From Prorocentrum cordatum (lineage: Eukaryota), in assembly GCA_963575745.1 (NCBI GenBank), contig CAUYUJ010000239.1:62001-116464 (forward strand): a stretch of DNA of 54,464 bases, read 5' to 3'. The number at the start of each line of letters is the position of its first letter. Positions within the stretch are counted from its first letter, which is position 1. Below the pieces are notes generated by a model. That model did not search any database. It had not been told where the DNA came from and saw only the letters and a list, made by a program, of their open reading frames with translations. Shown in pieces: positions 24,960 to 38,264 of this stretch. The translations under genes and the position numbers were made by a program.

Positions 24960-25509
24960 TTTTGCGGTTTGCGGTCAGACCAGGCAGCGGCCGTCAGGGC
25001 CGCAGGTCAAGTTACCACAACAGGCAGAGACATGCCAAAAGCACGAGCTCTTTCAGTCCAGGGTGCTGGGCAGGCGGAGGACATGCCAAACGCACGAACT
25101 CGTGTAGGCTAGCAGAGACATGCCAAACGCACGAACTCTTGCAAGCCAGAGAGTAGGCGACTGGCAGCTCCTATTTCGGCTTGTGTGACAGTGCAGCTGG
25201 GAGGGAGAAGAAAGGCGTCAGCCATCATGTTATTGATCCAGATCGGTGCGTGGTCATAACCAATCAGCTCGGGAGAAGAAGTGAGGGAGGGGGAGAAATA
25301 ATAAGAATGCACGTCAAGAAGCCAAACACATCCAACGCCCATTTCGGACCGCCCTCCATCGAAAGCACCACGGAGAGCATTGATTTTGATGTTGTGATTA
25401 CGGATCTCCTGAATGATGTCATGTTTGTATATTCTTCCTGTGTTGCCCCTTCGTGCTTCCCAGGTCAACTCGCCCGCCCTTTCATTGCCTTCACGGCACA
25501 CCCGGGAAG
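24960..25509 (-). mobile_element. 5'-truncated LINE 3' fragment (permuted RNase H C-terminus plus 3' UTR) with a 5-bp TSD
   Basis: ORF 25109-25540 contains REGNERAGELTWEARRG...AFDGG...TVTQAE, homologous to the end of the 15909 ORF2. Short A tail. tggtt at 24955-24959 and 25510-25514 splits a family-A 3' hairpin (24927-25530). Confidence 0.8.
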
Positions 25510-25530
25510 TGGTTACCGCCCGGAAACTCG

Positions 25531-28500
25531 GTAGCAACATCTAATTCAGGATGAGTCGTTGGTCGACTCACCATTCCGTGCAATTCTCTCGGCTGAAGGC
25601 GAAGACTTTCAGAACCTCAATGGGGAGACCGTGCGGAGCCCGAGTGGACATGCTGGTATTCTTTTCCGCTCGGACCTCGCCAAACAGTTCCTAGACCAGC
25701 GTATTGGGGTAAGATATGCTGTGGTTGCGTTTCAACCCTTCATTTTTGCATCAATTTATTTGCCCCACAAGGGCACGATGGGGAAGACGGAAGTGGCAGA
25801 ATAGGGCATTGTTCAACTTTACCAGGACATACTCAGGAAGTGCGCTGTAGATTGCAAGCAGTTGCAACCACTTCACCATATCAAACATCTCGTCATCAGC
25901 ATCGATGCTAATGTTGAGGTCCATCAAAACTCCTTATCGGGGCACCTGCAGGTTTCGGGAGATGGGGTTCTACCTGATCAACGTGGAGGGCGTGGCGGGC
26001 ATGAAAAACGTGCGAGAATCATCAGAAGAGCCATGAGCGAGGCTCTAGTGGCCACCATGGGTATCTTGGGACTCCAGCTGGCTAACACCTTTGGGGCTCC
26101 GAGGCACAGCAAGGAGGAGGGGGGCACTACGTGGAGGAGTACGAGGGGCTATGAGCATCTATACGACTATCTAGCGGTACCCAAATCTTGGAAGCTCCCA
26201 CCAACAACTTCGACTTGGCTTCTTCCTGAGGCAGCTGGAAGAAAGAGATCTTTGGAAGGCGATCTATCATTAGACACGTTCTGGAGTGACCATAGGCTTC
26301 TATCACTCACGGCTCCGAGCATCGAGGACATACAGTTGGACCGTGCGAGCTGTCTTCCCAGGAAGATGGCACACTGGCATGTGGACCCTGGTGTGCCCTC
26401 ACGTGAGGCCGCTGCGCTTTTCGACCGTGCCCTTCTCCCCAGCTCACACATCTTCGGCAGTGCATCCGACACAGTAGTTAGGGAGGTGGTGGGTACCAAA
26501 CATTATTACGAGGAGGTGGGTTTGGAGGTGGAGGAGAACGGCAAGGATAAGAAGGAGCAGGCCAGAAGGACGAGGAGCAGGATGGTGGAGAACAGCGTGA
26601 TGGGCAACCCCCTGGAGTCCATGAGTGAGGGCCTCCTGAAGGCCGCGGAGTTAGCCCCGACTGGAACCCTGAGGAGGAGCTCAGGGACACCCAGATGGTC
26701 GGAGGAGCACGTACAGATCAGGCAGGCGCACTATGCTTTGCATAAGTTGTGGAAGAGAGGGGAAGTGGATGAGGAGACGTTCAAGTCAAGTAGGAGGAGG
26801 TGGAACAAAGTGAGAGGGGCCAGGAAGAGAGAGTGCATCGAACATGCCTATCGAGATGGAAGGAAACGTACAACGATTGTTCGGAGTCTGATTATTGATG
26901 GGGTACCATGTACTGATCGAAGTAAATGGACTGAGGCCCTCCGTCGACACGGCCTCACTAGATACTCCAGTGAAGATGAGAAGTCACGTACTGCGCACTG
27001 CCTGAGGGAGCTGAGGAAGAGGGCGGAGGAGGAGATGAGGAAGGAAGGTTGTACCAAGTGCCCACTAGACATGGGGGTGCTGCTCCAGACTCGTGCAAAG
27101 TCGAAAGTGGGGAAGGCTGTGGGGTCAGACGGCGTTTCGGCCGCTATGCTCAAGACACTCTCTTGGGAAACACTCCGTCTTGTACTGCAGGCCTTCCAGT
27201 CCCTTTATCAGCGCCAGATTGTCACACCAGAATCGTGGAGAAAGATCCTTGTCACAGTCATCCTGAAAAACAAGTTGAAGTGTTCCCTGGGCGAATCCAG
27301 GGGGTTAGTGTTACTCGGTGTCTTTGGTAAATGGTACAGCGGGTGCCTCACCCACCTAATTCAGCGGCACATCAGAGCGAGGGGATCGGGAGAATTTGCC
27401 CGATGCTATGGCTTTGTGCCGGAGCGTAGATGTCATGAAGTAACGGCGGGTCTTAAAAACGCCTGCCGCCATGCTGCACAGTGGGGGATGTCACATGTGC
27501 TCCACCTCGCCAGCCTTGACGTGGCCTGTGCTTTTGATTCCTTTACGGTACCTGTGGCGGCACAGGCTCTGGAATATATTGGCGTTAAACATCAGCTTGC
27601 ATACGCACTACTTGAGTGCTATCTCGACAACGAGGCGGAGTTCCGCTTCCAAGAGGTATCGACAGCTGGTGCACCTTGGAACCGATGCGTCCGCACGGGC
27701 TCGCTCGAGGCACCGACCTTGTGGATCGCCCTCTCCATTGCTGCCTTTGATGAGATTGCAAAGGGATGGCATGAGAAGGGGTGGGGGTGGTCTGTCTAGG
27801 ACGCGGGTGCATGTGTACGCAGCTGCGAACATCGGGACTGGAAAGTCACTAACATGTTGTGGGCCGATAATGTGATTTTGCTCGCGGCCAGCTCATTTCA
27901 ATTGACAACCATGATTGCCGACATGACGTATGCCCTCCGTCGCTTTGGGTTTGAACGGAAAGAGAGTAGTATTGAATATATGAAGCTAGGATGTGACCAT
28001 GACTTGGAGGTGCCTTTGGTTGTCCCGACAGCTGGCCCAAGGGAGGGCCAAGGGTGTCTGAGCTGCGCAAGCCATCTCCAGCTGTTTGAGCAGGAGAGGC
28101 GCACAAATGAGCATAAAGTATTGCCACATGTCATCAAACTCAAACAGGTTACGAAAATGGAGATCTTGGGTACTATGCTGGATAGAGAGTTCAAAATGCA
28201 TGCTGATATTGTTCACAGAATGAAAGAAATGGAGAAAGCATTTTGCAATGCCCGCCCCTTTTTCATGAATAGGCAGATTGCGATGAAGAAGAAAATCAGA
28301 AGATCTGTCACGATGGTGCAAACACGCTTTTTGTATGGCATTCAGGGCATCACCATAGATACGAGCACGTTGAAGTATATTCATTCACGTGAGGGCGAGC
28401 TCCTGTCAAAACTGGTTTGGCGAAGAAAAAAGTCCGAGGTGGGTTGGTCCATCTTTGGCCGACGCATGTTCGACATGGGGAAGAAAATATTGCAGAAGAT

Positions 28501-29179
28501 GGGCAAACCCAGCCTGGCCCAACTCACGCTCTACAAGCAGTGGATGTGGGGCCAAAGATATGGCGCTATCTTGTTTTCCAGTTGAGTTGGATACCTCACC
28601 TGACTTTGTGCAGAATGAGCCCTCGGTGACGGGGGGTTCTCAAGAGCTCGGAGAGTCCGTTGGGAGCAGACCATCTGGGGAGGAGCCATCACAAACACAT
28701 ACCTAGAATCGCCGCAAACGTATCACACACTGGCGCCGGCGGTGAACCGTCAACCTGGTCACCGGCGGTGAACCGTTTTTCTTAAAATCTGCATTTTCAA
28801 TTTTCGATGTTAATACGAGGTCGGTTCCCGGAAGTGAACCCATAGTATAAATCCCTTATTAGAGCTGAGCTGCTCTGGGGACGAAGTTTATATACGTATG
28901 CTTAGCGCAAAAATCTGCTTTCCCAAAGAAAACAAATAATTGAATATCTTTCAAATTCTAGCAAAACTGACCAAAAGTCACCACTTTGTCCGCCCCGGCC
29001 AGGTGGGCGAACTAGCTCCAACCCGCGCCAGAATTCCTCTAGCTCATCGATGACGAAGAGCTCTACGAGGTAATATGCGAAACAGTGTCAAGATGGCCAA
29101 AAGAACAGACGGGTATCCCTGGGGACCACCTCACCCACTCGCCCTGCCTGTGAGTTGCCAGAGGGACCGCGGACATCAA
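25531..29179 (+). pseudogene. Decayed LINE ORF2 (APE + RT), same clade as the 15909 element
   Basis: One frame with stops at 25802, 27797 and 28583. Motifs SIYLP, IDAN, YDYL, SDH, GSDGV, LDVACAFD, VRTG, WADN. Interrupted by a B element at 28730-29072. Confidence 0.88.
28730..29072 (-). mobile_element. Family-B non-autonomous Helitron2-like element with a rearranged 3' hairpin
   Basis: a|ctggcgccggcggtgaaccgtcaacc ... gaagagctctacgaggta. The LINE sequence continues on both sides without a TSD. Confidence 0.8.
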
Positions 29180-31382
29180 CTGGGCGCAGGCGGTAAACCG
29201 TCAACCGTTCTTACCGCCGGGGACTCGTAGAGCTTCCTGACCACATATTGCGTCCAAAGAATCAGCAGAGGATGAATAGTTTTCAGCCCATCGCTGATAG
29301 CCTGAGTCGCAAACCAAGTTCAGACCTCTGGATGTTACAGACGAGCGCGCCTAATAACTCTGAATCAACTTCTGTGCGTATGAGCTCTCTGGCTCTCCTA
29401 CAGCCCGAGTTACGTGCGGAAACCGAGAGCACCACTCAAGGCGACCCGACGATACGAATAGTTTCGCGGACCTACCTCCGGCAGCAGACTCAGTTCAGAA
29501 CTCTGGATGCAACAGACGAACGCGTCTGATTATTCGGAATCCGTTTCTGCAAGTATCAGCTCTGCAGCTCTTCTACAGCTCGAGTTAAGTACAGAAAACG
29601 GACGACGCGTCTCAAGATCACCCAAAATAGCCGATCCCGCCGGTGTGCTTTTTGGCAGTAATATCTACCCGATCGAGCTGAGATTGAGAAGCATCGGGGG
29701 CGTTCGGCTGTTGCATCCGAGATGTTTGAAATTGCTTGGGCTGAAAAACAGTTTTTTCTGAGTATTTTTCTCGACACTATATGTTGTCAGGAAGCTCTAA
29801 GAGTCCCCCGGCTGTAACAAAGGTTGACGCGTTACCGCCGGCGCCCAGTCTTCTTTTCTGACCGGGTCGACCAACTAGCTCTGCCCCGCGCCGGAATTCC
29901 TCTAGCTCGTCGATGCCGAAGAGCTTTACGAGGTATGTGTTCCGAGAAGCGCTGTGCAAGGAAAGAGTGATCTGGTTGACGCTTTACTGCTGGTTCCCAG
30001 TACTGGGCGCCGGCGGTAAACCGTCAACCTTGGTTACCGCCGGGGAACTCGTAGAGCTTCCTAGCTCGACTTAAGTTGAGAAAACCGACAGCACCTACCA
30101 ACATTCTGACTTATAGTGAATAGTATTTGACCTCTGAATGCGACAGGCGGACGCGTCTCATGTCTGCGAATCGACTCCTGTCATTACCAGCCCTGCAGCC
30201 CCCCTACAGCCCGAGTTAAGTGCAGAAAACCGACAGCATCTCTCAGGATGACTCGAACAATACAATAGTTTCGCAGACCTAATTCGGGCAGCAGACCGAG
30301 TTTCGAGCTCTGGATTCGACAGACGGACGCGCATGATCTCTTCGAATCGATTCATGTGAGAACCAGCACTGTAGCCTGCTCTCAGCGCAAGTTGTGAAGA
30401 AAACCGAGAGCATCTCTCAAGATCACTCGACCAATACGAATAATTTCGCGAGTCTGGATCGGGCAGCTGACCGAGTTCAGGGCTCTGGATTCGAAAGACA
30501 CGCAACTGACGATTCTAAATCAGTTTCTCTAAATATCAACTTTGTAGCTGTCATACAGCTCGAGTTAAGTACAGAAAATCGAGAGTTCCTGTTAAAATGA
30601 CTCGAATACTACGGATAGATTTGCGAACCTAGCTCGGCTCACAGACCGAGTTCAGACCTCTAAATTGGATAGACGAACGCGCCTAATCATTATACATCGA
30701 TTAGCTGTGTTCACCAGCTCTGTAGCTGCTCTAAAGCTCGAGTTATGTTCATAAACCGTCAGCGCGTATCAAGATGACTCTAAACAGCCGATCCCGCCAC
30801 AGTGCTTTTCGATAGTAATATTCACCCGATCGAGCTGAGATCGAGATGGCGAGCGGGAATAAGATCGAATATCACGGGAATACTAGAGCCCAAACGAATC
30901 ATTGAATTTCGAGAACAAAATTTTCTTACCGACAAAAAGTCACCAAAAGTTCCGTCGAGATTTTTCTTGCCAACTAGCTCTCCAGTGCGTCGGAACTGGG
31001 CGCCGGCGGTTTACTGCTGGTTCCCAATACTGGACGCCGGCGGTAAACCGTCAACATTGGTTACTGCCGGGGGACTTGTAGAGCTTCCTGACAATATATA
31101 ATATCGAAAAAAATGTAGAGAACGAATAGTTTTTCAGCCCAAGCGATTTCAGACATTTCGGATCCCCGATGCTGCTAGATTGTCTTCTGTACGAGCTCTG
31201 TAGCTCTCCTACAGCCCGAGTTACGTGCGTAAATCGACAGCACCTCTCAAGATGACTCGAACAATACGAATAGTTTGGCAAACCTGGCTCGAGTATTAGA
31301 CCGAGTTCAGACCTCTGCATGCGACAGGCGGACGCGTCTGATTTCTTTGAATCGATTCCTATGATTACCAGCCCTCCCCGTA

Positions 31383-32502
31383 CTGGGCGCCGGCGGTAAA
31401 CCGTCAACCTTTCTTACCGCCGGGGGACTCGTAGAGCTTCCTGACAATATATAATGTAGAAAAGAATTTCAGAGAACGACTAGTTTTTCAGCACAAGCGA
31501 TTATAGACCTCTCAAGATGACTCTAACAAAACAAACGAACAGTTTTCCAATCGAGCTCGAGTATGAAACCGAGTTCAGACCTCTGAATGCGACAGGCGGA
31601 CGCGTCTGATGTCTGCGGATCGATTCCTGTGATTACCAGCTCTGCAGCCCCCCATACAGCCTGAGTTAAGTGCAGAAAACCGAGAGTACCTCTCAGGATG
31701 ACTCGAATAATACAACAGTTTCGCGGATCTCGTTCGAGCAGCAGACCGAGTTCCGAGCTCTCGGTTCGACGAACGGACGCGCCTGATGTCTCGAAATCGA
31801 TTCCTGTGACCAGCAGCACTGTAGCCCTCCCCAGCACGATTTAAGTACAGAAAACCGAGAGCACTTCTCAAGATGACTCGAACAATACCAATAGGTTCGC
31901 GAACCTAGCTCGGGGAGCAGGCCGAGTTCAGAGCTCTTGATTCAACAGACGAACGCGCCTGATAATTCTGAATCGATTTCTGTGATTATCAGCTCTGTGG
32001 CTGCCCTACAGATCGAGTTAAGTACGAAAAACCGAGAGCGTCTGCTACAATAACTCGAATAATACGAATAGGTTTGCGACCCTAGCTCGGCTAGCAGACC
32101 GAGTTCAGACCTCTAGATTCAACAGGCGAACGCGCCTGATCATTCTGAATGCATTAGCTGTGCTTACCAGCTCTGTAGCTGTCCTAAAGCTCAAGTTATG
32201 TTCAGATAACCGACAGCGCGTATCAAGATGACTCGAAACGGCCGTTCCCGCCTGCCTGCTTTTTGGCCTTCAAAGTTACCCGATCGAGCTGAGATCAAGA
32301 TGGCGAGCGGGAAAAAGATCGAATATCATGGGAAAAAAAACTAGAGCTCTAACGAATTGTCAAATTTCGAGAACCAAATTTTCAACCGACCAAAAGTCAG
32401 CAAAAGGTCCGTCGAGATTTTTCTTGTCAACTAGCTCTCCAGCTCCCCGGAATTACTCTTAAGCTTCCAGCAATAACTTGCTAAGGGAAGCTCTACGAGT
32501 TA
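31383..32502 (-). mobile_element. Intact family-A element (1120 bp)
   Basis: Both ends present (ctgggcgccggcggtaa... and ...ggaagctctacgagtta). Internal ccgagtt anchors at 31568, 31745, 31921 and 32098 give a 176-177-bp period. Confidence 0.88.
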
Positions 32503-33781
32503 CGATCTCGCCTGATACGCGGGCGCGCCAACACTGGCGCCGGCGGTAAACCGTCAACCTTTCTTACCGCCGGGGGACTCGTAGAGCTTCCTGACAATAT
32601 ATAATGTAGAAAAGAATTTCAGAGAACGACTAGTTTTTCAGCCCAAGCGATTATAGACCTCTCAAGATGACTCTAACAAAACAAACGAACAGTTTTCCAA
32701 TCGAGCTCGAGTATGAAACCGAGTTCAGACCTCTGAATGCGACAGGCGGACGCGTCTGATGTCTGCGGATCGATTCCTGTGATTACCAGCTCTGCAGCCC
32801 CCCATACAGCCTGAGTTAAGTGCAGAAAACCGAGAGTACCTCTCAGGATGACTCGAATAATACAACAGTTTCGCGGATCTCGTTCGAGCAGCAGACCGAG
32901 TTCCGAGCTCTCGGTTCGACGAACGGACGCGCCTGATGTCTCGAAATCGATTCCTGTGACCAGCAGCACTGTAGCCCTCCCCCAGCACGATTTAAGTACA
33001 GAAAACCGAGAGCACTTCTCAAGATGACTCGAACAATACCAATAGGTTCGCGAACCTAGCTCGGGGAGCAGGCCGAGTTCAGAGCTCTTGATTCAACAGA
33101 CGAACGCGCCTGATAATTCTGAATCGATTTCTGTGATTATCAGCTCTGTGGCTGCCCTACAGATCGATTTAGTACGAAAAACCGAGAGCGTCTGCTACAA
33201 TAACTCGAATAATACGAATAGGTTTGCGACCCTAGCTCGGCTAGCAGACCGAGTTCAGACCTCTAGATTCAACAGGCGAACGCGCCTGATCATTCTGAAT
33301 GCATTAGCTGTGCTTACCAGCTCTGTAGCTGTCCTAAAGCTCAGTTATGTTCAGATAACCGACAGCGCGTATCAAGATGACTCGAAACGGCCGTTCCCGC
33401 CTGCCTGCTTTTTGGCCTTCAAAGTTACCCGATCGAGCTGAGATCAAGATGGCGAGCGGGAATAAGATCGAATATCATGGGAAAAAATACTAGAGCTTTA
33501 ACGAATTGTCAAATTTCGAGAACCAAATTTTCAACCGACCAAAAGTCAGCAAAAGGTCCGTCGAGATTTTTCTTGTCAACTAGCTCTCCAGCTCCCCGGA
33601 ACTGGGCGCCGGCGGTACACCGTCAACCTTTCTACCGCCGGGGGACTCGTAGAGCTTCCTGACAATATATAATGTGGAAAAGGATTTCAGAGAACGACTA
33701 GTTTTTCAGCCCAAGCGATTATAGACCTCTCAAGATGACTCTAACAAAACAAACGAACAGTTTTCCAATCGAGCTCGAGTA

Positions 33782-34907
33782 CTGGGCGCCGGCGGTAAAC
33801 CGTCAACCTTTCTTACCGCCGGGGGACTCGTAGAGCTTCCTGACAGTATATAATGTGGTGAGAAATGCCAGAGAAATATTTTTTCATCCCAAGCGATTTC
33901 AGACCTCTCAAGATGACGCTAACAAAAAAAACAAACAGTTTGGTAACCCTGCTCGAGTATCAAACCGAGTTGAGACCTCTGAATGCGACAGGCGGACGCG
34001 TCTGATGTCTGCGAATCGACTCCAGTAATTACCAGCTCTGCAGCCCCCCTACAGCCCGAGTTAAGTGCAGACAACCGACAGCACCTCTCAGCATGACTCG
34101 AATAATACAATAGTTTCGCGGAGCTAGTTCGAGCAGCAGACCGAGTTCCGAGCTTTGGGTTCGACAGACGGACGCGCCTGATGTTCCCGAATCGATTTCT
34201 GTGACCAGCAGCACTGTAGCACCCCCCCCCCCCCCCCAGCAAGAGTTAAGTGCAGAAAACTGAGAGCATTTATCAAGATGACTCAAATAATGCTACTAGT
34301 TTCGCGAAACTAGCTCGGGCAGCAGGCCGAGTTCAGAGCTCGTGATTCAACAGACCGGCGCGCCTGATGATTCTCAATCGATTCATGTGACTATGAGCTC
34401 TGTCGCTGCCCTACAGCTCGAGTTGAGTACAAAAAACCAAGAGGGTCTGCTCAGATGACTCGAATAATACAAATAGGTTTGCGGACCTGGCTCGGCTAGC
34501 AGACCGAGTTCAGACCTCTTGATTGAACAGGCGAACGCGCCTCATCATTCTGAATCGATTAGCTGTGCTTACCAGCCCTGTAGCTGTCCTAATGCTCGAG
34601 TTATGTTCAGCAAACCGCGATCGCGTAGCAAAATGACTTAAAACGGCCGATCCCGCCTGCCCGCTTTTTGGCAGTGAAAGGTACCCGATCGAGCTGAGAT
34701 CAAGATGGCGAGCGGAAATAAGATCACATATCATGGGAAAAAATACTAGAGCTCAAACGAATTGTTGAATTTCGAGAACAAAATTTTCAACCGACCAAAA
34801 GTCACCAAAAGGTCCGTCGAGATTTTTCTTGCCAACTAGCTCTCCAGCGCGCCGGAATTACTCTTAAGCTTCCAGCAATAACTTGCTAAGGGAAGCTCTA
34901 CGAGTTT
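33782..34907 (-). mobile_element. Intact family-A element nested in the copy starting at 33602
   Basis: Host gagctcgagta|tgaaaccgag is split with no TSD and resumes at 34908. Confidence 0.88.
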
Positions 34908-37866
34908 TGAAACCGAGTTCAGACCTCTCAATGCGACAGGCGGGCGCGTCTGATGTCTGCGGATCGATTCCTGTGATTACCAGCTCTGCAGCCCCCCCAT
35001 ACAGCCTGAGTTAAGTGCAAAAAACCGAGAGCACCTCTCAGGATGACTCGAATAATACAACAGTTTCGCCGATCTCGCTCGAGCAGCAGACCGAGTTCCG
35101 AGCTCTCGGTTCGACGAACGGACGCGCCTGATGTCTCGAAATCGATTCCTGTGACCAGCAGCACTGTAGCCCTCCCCCAGCACGATTTAAGTACAGAAAA
35201 CCGAGAGCACTTCTCAAGATGACTCGAACAATACCAATAGGTTCGCGAACCTAGCTCGGGGAGCAGGCCGAGTTCAGAGCTCTTGATTCAACAGACGAAC
35301 GCGCCTGATAATTCTCAATCGATTTCTGTGATTATCAGCTCTGTGGCTGCCCTACAGATCGAGTTAAGTACGAAAAACCGAGAGCGTCTGCTACAATGAC
35401 TCGAATAATACGAATAGGTTTGCGACCCTAGCTCGGCTAGCAGACCGAGTTCAGACCTCTGGATTCAACAGGCGAACGCGCCTGATCATTCTGAATGCAT
35501 TAGCTGTGCTGACCAGCTCTGTAGTTGTCCTGAAGCTCGAGTTATCTTGAGAAAACCGACAGCGCGTATCAAGATGACTCGAAACGGCCGTTCCCGCCTG
35601 CCTGCTTTTTGGCCTTCAAAGTTACCCGATCGAGCTGAGATCAAGATGGCGAGCGGGAATAAGATCGAATATCATGGGAAAAAATACTAGAGCTCTAACG
35701 AATGGTCAAATTTCGAGAACAAAATTTTCAACCGACCAAAAGTCACAAAAGGTCCGTCGAGATTTTTCTTGCCAACTAGCTCTCCAGCTCCCCGGAACTG
35801 GGCGCCAGCGGTAAAACCGTCAACCTTTCTTACCGCCGGGGGACTCGTAGAGCTTCCTGACAATATATAATGTGGAAAAGAATTTCAGAGAACGACTAGT
35901 TTTTCAGCCCAAGCGATTATAGACCTCTCAAGATGACTCTAACAAAACAAACGAACAGTTTTCCAATCGAGCTCGAGTATGAAACCGAGTTCAGACCTCT
36001 GAATGCGACAGGCGGACGCGTCTGATGTCTGCGGATCGATTCCTGTGATTACCAGCTCTGCAGCCCCCCATACAGCCTGAGTTAAGTGCAGAAAACCGAG
36101 AGTACCTCTCAGGATGACTCGAATAATACAACAGTTTCGCGGATCTCGTTCGAACAGCAGACCGAGTTCCGAGCTCTCGGTTCGACGAACGACGCGCCTG
36201 ATGTCTCGAAATCGATTCCTGTGACCAGCAGCACTGTAGCCCTCCCCCAGCACGATTTAAGTACAGAAAACCGAGAGCACTTCTCAAGATGACTCGAACA
36301 ATACCAAAAGGTTCGCGAACCTAGCTCGGGGAGCAGGCCGAGTTCAGAGCTATTGATTCAACAGACGAACGCGCCTGATAATTCTCAATCGATTTCTGTG
36401 ATTATCAGCTCTGTGGCTGCCCTACAGATCGAGTTAAGTACGAAAAACCGAGAGCGTCTGCTACAATGACTCGAATAATACGAATAGATTTGCGACCCTA
36501 GCTCGGCTAGCAGACCGAGTTCAGACCTCTGGATTCAACAGGCGAACGCGCCTGATCATTCTGAATGCATTAGCTGTGCTGACCAGCTCTGTAGTTGTCC
36601 TGAAGCTCGAGTTATCTTGAGAAAACCGACAGCGCGTATCAAGATGACTCGAAACGGCCGTTCCCGCCTGCCTGCTTTTTGGCCTTCAAAGTTACCCGAT
36701 CGAGCTGAGATCAAGATGGCGAGCGGGAATAAGATCGAATATCATGGGAAAAAATACTAGAGCTCTAACGAATGGTCAAATTTCGAGAACAAAATTTTCA
36801 ACCGACCAAAAGTCACCAAAAGGTCCGTCGAGATTTTTCTTGCCAACTAGCTCTCCAGCTCCCGGAACTGGGCGCCGGCGGTAAACCGTCAACCTTTCTT
36901 ACCGCCGGGGGACTCGTAGAGCTTCCTGACAATATATAATGCGAAAAAGAATTTCAGAGAACGACTAGTTTTTCAGCCCAAGCGATTATAGACCTCTCAA
37001 GATGACTCTAACAAAACAAACGAACAGTTTCCCAATCGAGCTCGAGTATAAAAACCGAGTTCAGACCTCTGAATGCGACAGGCGGACGCGTAGGATGTCT
37101 GCGGATCGATTCCTGTAATTACCAGCTCTGCAGCCCCCCATACAGCCTGAGTGAAGTGCAGAAAACCGAGAGTACCTCTCAGGATAACTCGAATAATACA
37201 ACAGTTTCGCGGATCTCGTTCGAGCAGCAGACCAAGTTCCGAGCTTTCGGTTCGACGAACGGACGCGCCTGATGTCTCGAAATCGATTCCTGTGACCAGC
37301 AGCACTGTAGCCCTCCCCCAGCACGATTTAAGTATTGGAAACCGAGAGCACTTCTCAAGATGAATCGAACAATACCAATAGGTTCGCGAACCTAGCTCGG
37401 GGAGCAGGCCGAGTTCAGAGCTCTCGATTCAACAGACGAACGCGTCTGATGATTCCCAAATCGATTTCTGTGATTATCAGCTCTGTGGCTGCCCTACAGA
37501 TCGAGTTCAGTACGAAAAACCGAGAGCGTCTGCTATAATAACTCGAATAATACGAATAGGTTTGGGACCCTAGCTCTGCTAGCAGACTGAGTTCGGACCT
37601 CTAGATTCGACAGCCGAACGCGCCTGATCATTCTGCATCGATTAGCTGTGCTCACCAGCTCTGTAGCTGTCCTGAAGCTCGAGTTATCTTGAGAAAACCA
37701 AGAGCGCGTATCAAGATGACTCGAAACGGCCGTTCCCGCCTGCCTGCTTTTTGGCCTTCAAAGTTACTCGATCGAGCTGAGATCAAGATGGCGAGCGGGA
37801 ATAAGATCGAATATCATGGGAAAAAATACTAGAGCTCTAACGAATTGTCAAATTTTAAGAACAAAA

Positions 37867-38264
37867 CTGGCGCCGGCGGTGAACCGTCAACCTGGTCACC
37901 GCCGGGAACCTCGTAGAGCTCCTTTCACGTAAGAGTGCTCAGAGTCGAAAGAAAAGAGCTTCTGGAAGCATTTCTCGAAAAAGAGAAAAATTGATTTTTT
38001 TCGTGTCGAGAGGAAGATGGTTCCGCCAAGTGTTTTGCTAGTAAAAGTGCGCCTACAGAGCTCATACTCAGACAGAGAGGCCCTCATAGTCGTTTACAGG
38101 TGCGAAGAATCTGCTTTCTCAAAATGAATTGTCAAATATCTTTCAAAAAATTGCAAAACCACCCGAAAGTTATCACTTTGTCCTTTTTGGCCGGGTCGAC
38201 CAACTAGCTCCGCCCCGCGCCGGAATTCCTCTAGCTCATCGATGCCGAAGAGCTCTACGAGGTA
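37867..38264 (-). mobile_element. Intact family-B element (398 bp)
   Basis: ctggcgccggcggtgaacc...tcaccgccgggaacctcgtagagctc ... gagctctacgaggta. Confidence 0.88.

Noticed and set aside
25802..28585. Stop-codon reassignment suggested by in-frame TAGs
   Set aside because: The 1245-aa ORF2 has no internal stops and itself ends in TAG. Scattered stops fit ordinary decay.
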